Translations under genes and position numbers: made by a program | In this document: piece after piece, positions 29,067 to 39,495 of the stretch | Position numbering within the stretch: the stretch's first letter is position 1 | Layout of the letters: the number at the start of each line of letters is the position of its first letter | Notes under the pieces: generated by a model | The model's database searches: none | Seen by the model: the letters and a program-made list of their open reading frames with translations, nothing else | What the model was told of the DNA's origin: nothing | Source of the DNA: Chlamydiota bacterium | Lineage (GTDB): Bacteria > Chlamydiota > Chlamydiia > Chlamydiales > RGXB01 | Assembly (NCBI GenBank): GCA_016866475.1 | Contig: VGMF01000001.1 | Span: 332,481-396,480 of the forward strand | Direction: 5' to 3' | Length of the DNA stretch: 64,000 bases

Positions 29067-29737
29067 TGGATAAAGAACTTTTAGAACTTGTCAGAGAATT
29101 AAAGATGCTTCTAGACCCCCCCAAAAAGGTCTTAAAGCCCCTATCGACTCCCGGCACCCCCGAAAAACGGGTGAAAATAAGGGTGGAGGATCCTGTCTCG
29201 ACACCCTACACAGTTCCTAAATTCAAAGAGGAACCGGCAAAAATGGAGCCAAAAGAGCTTCAAAAGCCGACCCCTAAGGATCCCCCTGTTTTACTTAAAG
29301 ATCTCATAGATTGGTTTCAAAAAAGATTCAAAGCTCCTGTGATCTCCCCCTTAAACGATAAAAGAGCGGCTGATGCAAGAGAGCGCTACAAAAACGGAAC
29401 GAACCATGCCGGCATCGTCCTATTAGTTCCAAAAAAGATTCAGGAAGGGAAAGAGTTCTATAAAAGTGTGCAACTAGCGATCCACCAATACCTCATTCCA
29501 TGTATGTTCCTCCCCCTGGATCAGTTTAGCAAAGAAACAGCGCAAACTACCCGTCTTTTGATCACGGACACGTCCTGGATTTCGGCCTATACTACGGAGA
29601 TTGTCAGAAATTCGGAAACAAAGACAGACTTCTTATGGGGAGTTCCGATTTTTTATCTCGAACCGTTTGAAACGCTCAAAACATCTGAAGGAAAAAAACG
29701 TTTATGGCAAGCTCTCCTCTCATTCCCCCGTTCGTAG
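29066..29737 (+). CDS. hypothetical protein with a Pro/Lys-rich N-terminal half
   Basis: The 223-aa ORF has a GTG start that abuts the ftsY stop, and it overlaps the priA start. I recognise no motif. Confidence 0.5.
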   Translation: MDKELLELVRELKMLLDPPKKVLKPLSTPGTPEKRVKIRVEDPVSTPYTVPKFKEEPAKMEPKELQKPTPKDPPVLLKDLIDWFQKRFKAPVISPLNDKRAADARERYKNGTNHAGIVLLVPKKIQEGKEFYKSVQLAIHQYLIPCMFLPLDQFSKETAQTTRLLITDTSWISAYTTEIVRNSETKTDFLWGVPIFYLEPFETLKTSEGKKRLWQALLSFPRS

Positions 29738-31926
29738 AGGTTCTTGTCGACCAAAGGGTTTTTAAACCTCTTTGCTACGAAAATAGCGGTTTTTCCTTGA
29801 ACGTAGGATCACGCGTTTTAGTCCCGTTAAGAAATAAGAGCGTCAAAGGGACCGTTGTCGGCTGTCTAAATGCGGCCTCTTTTCAGAAAGTCGCAAAAAT
29901 CGACTCCGTTTTGGTAGAGGAATCAATGACTGAAGATTTGATGGATCTAGCCAAATGGATGAGTGCATATTATCTCACCCCTTTTCAAAAAGTTCTCACA
30001 ACGCTACTCCCCGCTTCCTTGAAAAAAAAGATAAAAAAAGAAGAGCACTATTTTGTCACCCGTCGAGCCCCAATAGCAGACCTTATTGAGGCTGCAAGTA
30101 AAATATTAGATCCGAAAAATCCGCAAAAAAGGGTTCTTGAGTACCTCTTGATGCAAGAAAAAGGGGTGTTTCTCTCCAAATTATTGGAAGAAACCGGAGT
30201 GTCGAAAAGCCCTATAGAATCTCTAGTGAAAAAAAAATGGATCGATTTAAAAAAGCTCGAGGTCGACCGCTCCCTTTTCACCCATGAAGACTTCCTCCTT
30301 TCCCCACCAAAAAAGCTCAACGAAGAGCAGCAGCAGGCTTTGAACAAAATTCTTTTAAGCCTCGAAGCGAACAAATTCCATACGGAGCTTCTATTCGGTG
30401 TGACAGGTAGCGGTAAAACTGAGGTCTATCTGCAAGCGATCCAAAAGGCCCGCTCCTTAGGTTTGGGAGTTCTTTATTTAGTCCCCGAAATTGCGCTTAC
30501 GACGCAAACAATCGACCGTCTTCTCTCCCGCTTTAGTGAGCAGATAGCAGTTCTTCACCACAGACTCTCAGACGGCGAGCGTTTTGATGCGTACCGGGGG
30601 ATTCTTAGTGGAAAGATTTCGATAGTGATTGGAGCGAGATCGGCGATTTTTGCTCCAGTACAAAACCTGGGGCTTATCATCGTAGATGAGGAACAGGACG
30701 GATCGTTTAAGCAAACTGAGGAGATGCCCTGCTACAATGCAAGAGATGTGGCTATTGTAAGAGCTAAGTACCTAAAAGCGGTCTGTGTTTTAGGAAGCGC
30801 CACCCCCTGCTTCGAAACTTTTTACAACGCCCAAAATCTCAAATATGGGATCAGCTATCTGACTCAAAGAGCCAAACAAAACCCTTTGCCTGAAGTAAAA
30901 ATTGTGGACATGCGTCATGAAGATGACAAAAAAAAATGTCGCGCTCTTTTTAGCGACCTCCTTTTGAATAAAATTGAGGATCGGCTCAAAAAAGGGGAAC
31001 AAACGCTCCTATTTTTGAACCGTAGAGGGTTTTTTAAGTGCCAAATTTGTACAACTTGCAATGAAACTTTAAAATGCGATCAGTGCGATGTTTGTTTGAC
31101 CTACCATAAAGGGGAAAATATTTTGGCCTGCCACCTTTGTGGTTTTACCCAAGATCCAAAAGATGCCTTTTGCAAAAAATGCCGTTCTAATGAGACTATG
31201 CGATTTCAGGGTCCGGGTACAGAACAGGTGGAGCGGGCGTTGAAAGCGGTCTTTAAAGAGGCCAGAGTCTTGCGGATGGACCGCGACACCACGCGCCACA
31301 AAGGGAGTCACGATGCACTCTATCGGGAGTTCAAATCCCAAAAAGCCGATATCCTGATCGGTACACAGATGATTGCCAAAGGGCTCGATTTTCCTCTGGT
31401 CACTTTGGTGGGGATACTCAACGCAGATTCTATGCTCCATATTCCCGACTTCAGATCGGCCGAAAATGCATTCCAACTGTTAAGCCAAGTATCCGGCCGT
31501 GCAGGAAGGGGCGATTTTCCGGGCGAGGTAGTTTTACAGACCCGCCTACCCGAGTATCAGGTGATCCAACACGCTTCAAAAGAGGACTACCAAAACTTCT
31601 TTGAGGAGGAAATCCTGTTGCGCAAGCAGTTCGACTATCCCCCGTTTAAAAAGATGTGCCGTATTGTTTTACAAGCACCCGAAAGCGCACTCCTGGACCG
31701 ATTCGGAACCTTTTTAACCCATCTTTTTGAAAAAAATAGAGAACTTGACGTGGATATTCTCCCCTATACCCTTTGCGGCTTGACGAAAGCTAAGGGGCAA
31801 TACCGAGGACAGATTCTTCTTAAAGCACAAAAATTTACCTCTTTGAAAAAAATGGTCCTCCTAATCCCCAAAGCTGAAAAAATCAAAATTCTTGTCGACG
31901 TCGACCCACTCCAAACATTCTTCTAA
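29704..31926 (+). CDS. priA: primosomal protein N' (replication restart helicase PriA)
   Basis: Contains the GVTGSGKTEVY Walker A, the IVDEEQD box, a Cys-rich zinc module (CQICTTC...CDQCDVC...CHLCG...CKKC) and the GTQMIAKGLDFP block. Confidence 0.9.
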   Translation: MASSPLIPPFVEVLVDQRVFKPLCYENSGFSLNVGSRVLVPLRNKSVKGTVVGCLNAASFQKVAKIDSVLVEESMTEDLMDLAKWMSAYYLTPFQKVLTTLLPASLKKKIKKEEHYFVTRRAPIADLIEAASKILDPKNPQKRVLEYLLMQEKGVFLSKLLEETGVSKSPIESLVKKKWIDLKKLEVDRSLFTHEDFLLSPPKKLNEEQQQALNKILLSLEANKFHTELLFGVTGSGKTEVYLQAIQKARSLGLGVLYLVPEIALTTQTIDRLLSRFSEQIAVLHHRLSDGERFDAYRGILSGKISIVIGARSAIFAPVQNLGLIIVDEEQDGSFKQTEEMPCYNARDVAIVRAKYLKAVCVLGSATPCFETFYNAQNLKYGISYLTQRAKQNPLPEVKIVDMRHEDDKKKCRALFSDLLLNKIEDRLKKGEQTLLFLNRRGFFKCQICTTCNETLKCDQCDVCLTYHKGENILACHLCGFTQDPKDAFCKKCRSNETMRFQGPGTEQVERALKAVFKEARVLRMDRDTTRHKGSHDALYREFKSQKADILIGTQMIAKGLDFPLVTLVGILNADSMLHIPDFRSAENAFQLLSQVSGRAGRGDFPGEVVLQTRLPEYQVIQHASKEDYQNFFEEEILLRKQFDYPPFKKMCRIVLQAPESALLDRFGTFLTHLFEKNRELDVDILPYTLCGLTKAKGQYRGQILLKAQKFTSLKKMVLLIPKAEKIKILVDVDPLQTFF

Positions 31927-32011
31927 AATTCTTTCATAGAACTTAAAATATTTTAAATTAACCCTCTTTTGTGCTTTAGTATAGCATTAAATATTTCAGG
32001 AGCTAAAAAAA

Positions 32012-32554
32012 ATGGCAGCCGCTTCAAACTTGTCCGCAACGATATCGACTAATCTTTTTTCAATCTTTTTAGATTCTCTAAAAAGCTCTCTTAATGAGGC
32101 AACAAAAGCAAAAATTTTAAAAATTTCCTCATCGAGCTTAGCTACTGAAGGGAGTAAAACCCATTTGGTAAAAAGAAGGTTCATTTATACCCCGTTAAAC
32201 GCCGAGGTGCCCTGTGATAATAGGGGAATGTATGAGATTTTACTCAAAGAGGTCCAGGAAATCGTGGAAGATGATCGAGATAATCCCAAAGTGCAATTTC
32301 TTTTAAAGCTATTGGAGAAACCGGATGAGTCCCAGGAGGTTCAAAATTTCTTAAATGAGATGAGAGAATACCATCTGGAAAATCAAAAAAATCCTTTTTC
32401 TTTTTTACAAGACAAGATCTCTGAAGGGCTAGCGAATGTTTCTCAACAGCAACCACCAGCCGGTATCCATGCAATCTCTATCAAGGTGCTTTTTTTTAAA
32501 AAGGTCAATCCGGACGAGATTTTATCCATCAAGTATAAAGGGAAACCCCTATAG
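32012..32554 (+). CDS. hypothetical protein
   Basis: The 180-aa ORF has an ATG preceded by AGGAG at about -9. It is followed by a strong hairpin terminator. Confidence 0.5.
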   Translation: MAAASNLSATISTNLFSIFLDSLKSSLNEATKAKILKISSSSLATEGSKTHLVKRRFIYTPLNAEVPCDNRGMYEILLKEVQEIVEDDRDNPKVQFLLKLLEKPDESQEVQNFLNEMREYHLENQKNPFSFLQDKISEGLANVSQQQPPAGIHAISIKVLFFKKVNPDEILSIKYKGKPL

Positions 32555-32584
32555 GGGATATCTGAAGCTCGCTTTTAAAAAAAA

Positions 32585-32604
32585 GACCTCTTAAAAAAGA
32601 GGTC
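32585..32604. terminator. bidirectional hairpin terminator between ORF 32012-32554 and lysS
   Basis: GACCTCTT-AAAA-AAGAGGTC forms an 8-bp perfect stem with a 4-nt loop. An A run lies upstream and a T-rich stretch downstream. Confidence 0.6.
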
Positions 32605-32626
32605 ATTTTCAAACGACAAGAATTTT

Positions 32627-34183
32627 TTAAGACTGGTGCGGTTTCATCATAGGGAAGTAGATGACATCACGAATGGATACCTCACCGGTGAGAACCATCA
32701 CTAGCCGATCAATACCGATCCCAAGTCCACCTGTTGGAGGCATCCCGGCATTAAGTGCTTCAATAAACTCCTCATCCATAGGATGTGCCTCTTTATCACC
32801 CGCATCTTTCGCTACCTGCTGCTGGCGCAAAAGGGTCTCTTGCACAAGCGGATCATTGAGTTCAGAGTAGGCATTCGCCATCTCCATACCCAGCATGAAC
32901 AGCTCAAATCGTTCGACGATCCCCTCCTCTTTTTCTTTCAGGTTGCGATGGTATTTGCAAAGAGGTGTGGTCTCTACCGGATGGTCGATAATAAAATGGG
33001 GTTCGATCAAATGCTCCTCAACAAACTCCTCAAAAATCTTGGCTATGAGAAGTCCACGTGGAAGTTTTTTCACCTCAAGAGGGTCCAGTGGGGTCGAAGC
33101 CAAAACATCTCTCATCTCTTGGTCGCTCATCTGGTCCACATCTAAACTTTTGTAAACACGGATCGACTCTTTCATCGTGTAGCGCTTCCAAGGACCGGAA
33201 AGATGCAAGTGGTGCGTGTTCCCTTTTTTATCCTGACGTGTTCCCAAATCGGTTGTCGCATACAGTGCGTGCGCTAAATGGATAAACAGCTTTTCGGTGA
33301 AATCCATCACGTCATGGTAATCCTGATAGGCAGCATAGGACTCTATCATCGTAAATTCAGGATTATGCGTCCGGTCAAGCCCTTCGTTTCTAAAAACTTT
33401 GGACATCTCAAATACATTCCTAATCCCCCCTACAATCAGCTTCTTTAGCTGAATTTCCAACGAAATACGTAGGAAGATATCCAGGTGCAGAGCATTGACA
33501 TGCGTGATAAACGGGCTCGCATTTGCCCCACCATAGATCGTTTGCAAAACCGGTGTTTCCACCTCAATAAATCCATGGTCCTCGTAGAATCGGCGAATGA
33601 GCGAAAGGATGCGCGAACGTGTTTGAAACGTCGCCATCACCTGGGGATTGCTGATCAGGTCGAGCCACCGTTTGCGGTAACGCATTTCAATGTCGCTTAG
33701 ACCACTATACTTATCAGGCAATGGCAATAGAGCTTTCGCTCTGAAGGTGACCTCTTTAGCATACACAGTCAACTCTCCGACTCGCGTGCGAAACAAATGC
33801 CCTTTGACCGATAAAAAGTCGCCCAAATCTACAAGTTTCTCCACAAATTTGATGCCGCTCAGCTCCTCGGAAGGGTTAAGCCCCATTACGGCTGTGTCAT
33901 CGCGGTTTAACATGACCTGAATGGTGTGGTTTTCATCAAGGAGCGTCAAAAAAGCGTTTTTCCCCATAGCCCGGAAAAGGACCACCCTTCCGGCAACCTC
34001 AACCCAATCGGTCTCCCCTTTTTGCGCCTCTTCAGAGTGCCCAACAGGATGCCCGTGATATTTTTTTGCCAGATTTCCGGCAAGAATCGGACTGAGAGAA
34101 TCGGCGGGGAAAGGCTCTACACCTAGTGCCCGAATCTCATCCAATTTTCTCAATCGATTGCGGTACTCTTCTGTATGTTGCAT
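32627..34183 (-). CDS. lysS: lysine--tRNA ligase (class II)
   Basis: Contains FRNEG, the GGLGIGIDRLVM motif 3 and an N-terminal OB-fold region. The annotated start overlaps the cysS 3' end by 34 nt. Confidence 0.9.
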   Translation of the reverse strand: MQHTEEYRNRLRKLDEIRALGVEPFPADSLSPILAGNLAKKYHGHPVGHSEEAQKGETDWVEVAGRVVLFRAMGKNAFLTLLDENHTIQVMLNRDDTAVMGLNPSEELSGIKFVEKLVDLGDFLSVKGHLFRTRVGELTVYAKEVTFRAKALLPLPDKYSGLSDIEMRYRKRWLDLISNPQVMATFQTRSRILSLIRRFYEDHGFIEVETPVLQTIYGGANASPFITHVNALHLDIFLRISLEIQLKKLIVGGIRNVFEMSKVFRNEGLDRTHNPEFTMIESYAAYQDYHDVMDFTEKLFIHLAHALYATTDLGTRQDKKGNTHHLHLSGPWKRYTMKESIRVYKSLDVDQMSDQEMRDVLASTPLDPLEVKKLPRGLLIAKIFEEFVEEHLIEPHFIIDHPVETTPLCKYHRNLKEKEEGIVERFELFMLGMEMANAYSELNDPLVQETLLRQQQVAKDAGDKEAHPMDEEFIEALNAGMPPTGGLGIGIDRLVMVLTGEVSIRDVIYFPMMKPHQS

Positions 34184-35583
34184 GGATGACTCTTTTTAAC
34201 TTTTGTTCCGTTGGTTACATCTTCTAGTTCATATCCCAAAAGGGTGATCTCGTTTCGTATCTTGTCCGCGTCCTGAAAGCGACGCTCTTTTCTTGCCTTT
34301 TGCCGCGCTTCTACCAGATCCAAAATAGAACCCGGGATCGGCTCCTCCTCTTTCTTCAAGCAGCCCAAAATAGCATCAAACCGCTCTAAAAGCTCAAGAA
34401 TTCTTTTTTGAGATTCTTTGCTGATCTTTTTTTGGTCGAGCCCTTTATTGACATCGCGTACCATATCAAACAAAACAGCAAATGCCTTTGGAAAGTTCAA
34501 GTCGTGGTTTAATGCCTCCATAAAAGAGGCGTGGATTTGGTCAACATTAAAGTTCTCCTCTCCCGCATCGGCACCCAACTCGAGACGATCCCAGAGCTGA
34601 TCCACCCTGAAAAGGGCCTGGCGTACACCCTTTAGCCCCTCCAGGGTGAAATTCAACGGCATCCGGTAGTGCGATTGCGCTATGAAAGCGCGCACCTCAC
34701 GGCCGCTAAACCCCTTTTCGATCAAGTCTCTGAGTGTGTAAAAATTTCCGAGACTTTTGGACATCTTTTTGCCGTCAACATGGAGATGTTCTACATGAAA
34801 CCAGTGGGTTGCAAACGGGGCGTGGTTGCAACATTCCGACTGTGCTATCTCGTTCTCATGGTGGGGAAAAACAAGATCAATCCCGCCGCAATGGATGTCG
34901 ATCGAAGGTCCTAAAAAATCTTGCGCCATCGCCGAACACTCGATATGCCAGCCGGGTCTTCCCGGCCCAAATGGGCTCTGCCAAAAAATAGGTCCGTCGG
35001 TCTTTTGATCGTAAGCTTTCCAAAGGGCGAAATCACAAAGATTATCTTTAGTGTACTCATCCTGATGCACCCTCTCACTTGCACCGGCAACAAGAGACTG
35101 CCTGTCGATATGAGACAATTTCCCATACTCCTTAAAGGCGTGAACCCGAAAATAGATACTCTTATCATCCGCCTGATAGGCATACCCTTTGTCAATCAGC
35201 TTTTCTATCATCCGAATCATCGATGGAATCGCATCGGTAGCTCTTGGGAAACGGGCCACCCCTTCGATTTTAAGAGTCCTCAAGTCCTCAAAAAAAGCCT
35301 CAATATAGATATCGGTGTACTCACGAAGGGGCATCCCCCGATCATTAGCACCCTTCATCGTTTTGTCATCAACATCGGTCAGGTTCATCACCTGTGTCAC
35401 GGGGATTCCGTTGACTTCGATCACCCGCCTCAATAAATCGGTAGATACAAACGTACGGAAGTTTCCAATATGTGCATATCCGTAAACGGTTGGGCCGCAA
35501 GAGTACATTTTTGCCTTTGGACCCATCGGTTTGAAAGGTTCTATCTGACAAGTGAGTGTGTTGTACAGAGATAGCATCAGCAA
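34150..35583 (-). CDS. cysS: cysteine--tRNA ligase
   Basis: Contains the YAHIGNFRT (HIGH-type) and KMSKSLGN signatures. Confidence 0.9.
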   Translation of the reverse strand: MLMLSLYNTLTCQIEPFKPMGPKAKMYSCGPTVYGYAHIGNFRTFVSTDLLRRVIEVNGIPVTQVMNLTDVDDKTMKGANDRGMPLREYTDIYIEAFFEDLRTLKIEGVARFPRATDAIPSMIRMIEKLIDKGYAYQADDKSIYFRVHAFKEYGKLSHIDRQSLVAGASERVHQDEYTKDNLCDFALWKAYDQKTDGPIFWQSPFGPGRPGWHIECSAMAQDFLGPSIDIHCGGIDLVFPHHENEIAQSECCNHAPFATHWFHVEHLHVDGKKMSKSLGNFYTLRDLIEKGFSGREVRAFIAQSHYRMPLNFTLEGLKGVRQALFRVDQLWDRLELGADAGEENFNVDQIHASFMEALNHDLNFPKAFAVLFDMVRDVNKGLDQKKISKESQKRILELLERFDAILGCLKKEEEPIPGSILDLVEARQKARKERRFQDADKIRNEITLLGYELEDVTNGTKVKKSHPCNIQKSTAID

Positions 35584-38309
35584 ATTTCCTTATGGGCCAG
35601 CTCAGTAAGAGCTCTAAGATGGATTTTACCCGATCCGAGCAAAGGCATATCCTGCACTTTCAGCACATGGTGCATTCTAAAGTACTTCGGCAAACCCGAT
35701 TCAAACAAAATTTTATTGATCTCGTCCACGGTGGTCTCTACAACACTTATCAAAACAAGCTCCGTTTTTTCCCCCTCTCTTTCAATAGGGATCACGACAA
35801 AAGGATTATCGATTTTACGTTTGTCAGCGAACCAGCCTAGCCCCTTCGCCGTATTCGCTAGTATCTCCTCAATCAATGGTAAATTAACCATCTCGCCGCC
35901 AACCTTTGTGAACCTCTTGAGACGCCCCTTCAAAATCAGGTTTCCCTTGTCATCAATATGCCCGTAGTCCCCTGTCCGGTAGTAGGACTTACCGTTGATC
36001 AAGATAAAAGGGGACTTGATGTCTTTTTCCATGTACCCCTTAAAAATCGAGGGACCTTGCGCCAAAATTTCCCCATCTTCGCCCTGCGGCATAGGCTTCA
36101 ATTCCTCACGGTCTACAATCAAAAGCTCGACCTTACTCAAAGGTCGACCCACACCGATCCTGTTGTCATCTCTAAAGCGCTGCGCAGATAAGACCGGGGA
36201 ACACTCTGTAATTCCATACCCCTCAATCAGCTTCGCTTCTGGATTGATTTCATACAACTTGGTGATCAAACTTTCCGGAGCCTTCTCTGCACCGGTGAAA
36301 CACATACGAAGTGAGTCTAACTGGCCGGGTTCGCTTGAAGAAAGCAGGTTTGCATAAAAGCTGGGCGTAAGGGCAAGAAGGTCCACACCCCAAGCCTGTA
36401 TCTCCTGTGCTATCCGTGGAGAATCGGTCGGATCGGGCGAAAAATAGGTTCTCACACCATTCAGGATAGGAAAAAGGGTCAGCGCCGTGAGCCCAAAAGA
36501 ATGGAACTGGGGAAGAGCGCAAAGACCTGTCTTTGGCTCGTAGGGAGAGATCACCTCTTCGAAATCTTCCATGTTCGCAATCAGATTCTTATGAGACAAA
36601 GGGACAGATTTAGGATGTGATTCCGTTCCACTTGTGGTCAACACTACGGCATTCATCTCGTTAGACAGGTTCTCAACTCCAAAATGGGTTAGAATAGACC
36701 TTGTGGGTCTCGTCGATAAAAGCAGCGCTTTAAATTTATCTAACAGCGACACCTTTTCCTTAAGATTTTCTGCAAAGACCAAATAGGGCTCCATCGCCCC
36801 AAGTTCTATATGCGCCACACGGTCAAGAAATTTACGGGCAGTTAAAACCGATTTGATAGACAAACTATGGATCACGTGGTCAGTGCTTCTATAACCGGAC
36901 GTCCAGTTAATCATCACCGGCACCTTTCCGGCCAACATCGAGGCAAATAAAATAAGGGTAGATCCAACACTTGCAGGGAGCATGATCCCAACATAACGCC
37001 CCTCAAGTTTACGGATTTTTTGAGCCAAAATAAGGACCGCTATCAAAGCGCGCTTGCCAGTCAACGTTGTCGTCTCGTCCGCGATAAGCTCCTTATTCCC
37101 CCCCTTTTTTGCCCTCTCTATGAAAGCCTGTGGTATCGTTTTGCCGAGAATTTCGACTTTTTTCATCCCCTTGACAGTGTGCTGCTTCCAACCCCGTAAC
37201 ATATCTTTAGACTGTAGCTCCCGCGCTTTGGGAATTTTTTTATGGAGAGCCACCAAGAAAAGATCGAATACATGGACTAAGTCCAAGGAGGAGATCTTCT
37301 TATCAATCCCGAATTTGAGGTCTAAAAAGGTGATGAGGTTCGATAAGTCCAAAGAGTCGCACCCAAGATCCACCGCCAAATCCTGATCGTCTTTGATCTG
37401 CACTTTAGGGCGACCTGTCATCTTACTAATTTTTTCGTACACGAGATCACGCATCGCTAGAGGGACATCCACCTCTTTGTTGATGATTTGCTGACTGAAG
37501 ACAAAAGCCTGTGGGGTCGACCCTTTTTTATCCCAAAAAAGATAGGGAACCAGGTTTGCTCTCTCGGCAGATTCGATCTGGTCACCGTACTTGTATTGGT
37601 TGTACCAGTTCTCAAGGTAGCGATTGAACTGAATTTTACTTACTTGATAGGGGAAATCGGCGGGTAGAGTGGAGAATTCGACCAACACATCCCTTTTGGG
37701 CATAAAAAAGATCAAGTTCTGAAAGACAAGCTTGATGGATGTTTTTAATGTTTTCCAGAAATTGGGCGAATCGCCGAGGATCGCTCGAGAAAACAAGCTA
37801 CCCCATAGTCCGGTTGTACGGACTAAAATCACCTCCAAATTCGGATCCTCGGAAAGGAGTCGATGGACAAAAGATTTTCCACCTAAGAACTCCTTAGGGG
37901 AGCGCTTAAGCCCTCCGCCTGGGTATATAATGACCTTTTCTCCCCGATCCAAAGACCGGCGTATGTTCTGGTACACCATTTCCCCTTGGCGTGCCTTCCA
38001 TTCATTCACAACAATTTCAAAATCGGGGATAGGGACGACACGTATAAGCCTATAAAGCCAGTTGACCCCTTTTTGGTAGAAAAAGCGCTCATCCATAACA
38101 GGTTTCAAAGAGGCTATCTGACCGAGAAAAGAATACAAAAGGAGCGGATCTGTCATGGCAGGGTGATTTGGCAGAACAACAACGGGTCGATCCGATTTTA
38201 GGATATTTTTAATCTTCTCTAAACCTTGAGTTTGAACGCGGTATCGGACACTAAAAAGCCATCGAAGAAGAAAAGAAAGGATCCTGATAAAAATATCTCT
38301 TATCATCAC
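35577..38309 (-). CDS. three-domain lipid-acylation protein: lysophospholipid acyltransferase + carrier-protein domain + acyl-ACP synthetase (Aas-like)
   Basis: Contains NHPAMTD (H-x4-D acyltransferase box), DLGCDSLDLSNL (phosphopantetheine-attachment-like DSL) and TSGTESHPKSV (AMP-binding P-loop), plus YRTGD. Confidence 0.75.
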   Translation of the reverse strand: MMIRDIFIRILSFLLRWLFSVRYRVQTQGLEKIKNILKSDRPVVVLPNHPAMTDPLLLYSFLGQIASLKPVMDERFFYQKGVNWLYRLIRVVPIPDFEIVVNEWKARQGEMVYQNIRRSLDRGEKVIIYPGGGLKRSPKEFLGGKSFVHRLLSEDPNLEVILVRTTGLWGSLFSRAILGDSPNFWKTLKTSIKLVFQNLIFFMPKRDVLVEFSTLPADFPYQVSKIQFNRYLENWYNQYKYGDQIESAERANLVPYLFWDKKGSTPQAFVFSQQIINKEVDVPLAMRDLVYEKISKMTGRPKVQIKDDQDLAVDLGCDSLDLSNLITFLDLKFGIDKKISSLDLVHVFDLFLVALHKKIPKARELQSKDMLRGWKQHTVKGMKKVEILGKTIPQAFIERAKKGGNKELIADETTTLTGKRALIAVLILAQKIRKLEGRYVGIMLPASVGSTLILFASMLAGKVPVMINWTSGYRSTDHVIHSLSIKSVLTARKFLDRVAHIELGAMEPYLVFAENLKEKVSLLDKFKALLLSTRPTRSILTHFGVENLSNEMNAVVLTTSGTESHPKSVPLSHKNLIANMEDFEEVISPYEPKTGLCALPQFHSFGLTALTLFPILNGVRTYFSPDPTDSPRIAQEIQAWGVDLLALTPSFYANLLSSSEPGQLDSLRMCFTGAEKAPESLITKLYEINPEAKLIEGYGITECSPVLSAQRFRDDNRIGVGRPLSKVELLIVDREELKPMPQGEDGEILAQGPSIFKGYMEKDIKSPFILINGKSYYRTGDYGHIDDKGNLILKGRLKRFTKVGGEMVNLPLIEEILANTAKGLGWFADKRKIDNPFVVIPIEREGEKTELVLISVVETTVDEINKILFESGLPKYFRMHHVLKVQDMPLLGSGKIHLRALTELAHKEIC

Positions 38310-38946
38310 TAACCCCTAAGATTAAGAGTAAAAAAAACTGATGCTATTATAGCAAAAATTGACTTCTTGTTCCAACCTGAATTTTAGGATTGCCCTAATA
38401 ATGTATACAAATATTTTACAACGTAGAAGAATTTCATCCACAGATCCTTTTTAAGAAAGAGGCCCCTAAGGGACCCCTAAAGGTTTTAGTCGAAAGACAA
38501 AACGATGGGTTAATCAAAAAAAGTTGACACGGTTCCATTTTTTATTTTATTTCAAAGTTCTATGACAAAATCAGAATTCCCAGATTCTAAAATAGATAAA
38601 GAGCGTCAGCTGCTACTCTCTGAAGACTTCTTTCAATCCCTCGCAAATCAGATCCACCCGTGGGGACCAACTTGCAAAAAAATCAGAGATTTAATTAAAA
38701 CTTTTTTAATTACTGTTGGCAAAAAAAGGTGAATTGATTAAAAAAATAAAGAGTGCTTTCCCTATCTTTTTGCCCTAGAGATTTCAACGTTTAAAACAAC
38801 AGAGAAGTGTCTAAAAAAAGATAAAAGCAAAGAAAAAAACAGTAACCATAAAGGGTGTTATGGAAATACATAGTACTTTAAGCGCTAAACAAATTGTTGA
38901 AAATCTTTTAGCGCAAAATCTCGGAAGCTTGAATGCTAAAATCTCC

Positions 38947-39495
38947 TCAATCGCACTTACCGCTATCTACCGGCCCCTTTTGTAAAAACCGGGCAATCGC
39001 TGAAAAGAAAATCGACTTAAAAAAGTCCCCTGCCAAGAACGGAAAAAAGCCCAGCATAAATCCCTTTGAGAAGCCGAAGAAAAGACTCATCCCAAGAGAC
39101 CCTAGAACATCTATGACTAGGGACATAAAGAGAAAACTTCTCGTGATTCCCAGCCCTTTATGTCTTAAAATTTCCGCAAGATAAGCAACGACAAAGTACC
39201 CGAGTATATACCCTGCTGTGGGTCCAAATACTCCCATCGCAAAAGCTTTGGGGGAAACTAGTAGATGCGCGTCCAGGCATCCGGAAGTTACAAAAGCAGC
39301 AAGAGCGATTGCCGTTCTTTTGTAACCGAAAATCCAGCTAAGCAAAATCACGATCTGCGGCCTTAGAGCCATCGGGATCGGCGTGTGGGGTAACGGGACC
39401 GAGATCTTTCCCAAAAAGGTGATGCTCAAGGCCAAAAGAAAAACAACAAGAAGATCCGTAAGCCATTTTTTCTCTAAAACAATTGCACGGATCAT
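38947..39495 (-). CDS. bioY: BioY family biotin transporter component
   Basis: The polytopic 182-aa protein carries a GPTAGYILGYF block. It abuts the fabF stop. Confidence 0.7.
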   Translation of the reverse strand: MIRAIVLEKKWLTDLLVVFLLALSITFLGKISVPLPHTPIPMALRPQIVILLSWIFGYKRTAIALAAFVTSGCLDAHLLVSPKAFAMGVFGPTAGYILGYFVVAYLAEILRHKGLGITRSFLFMSLVIDVLGSLGMSLFFGFSKGFMLGFFPFLAGDFFKSIFFSAIARFLQKGPVDSGKCD

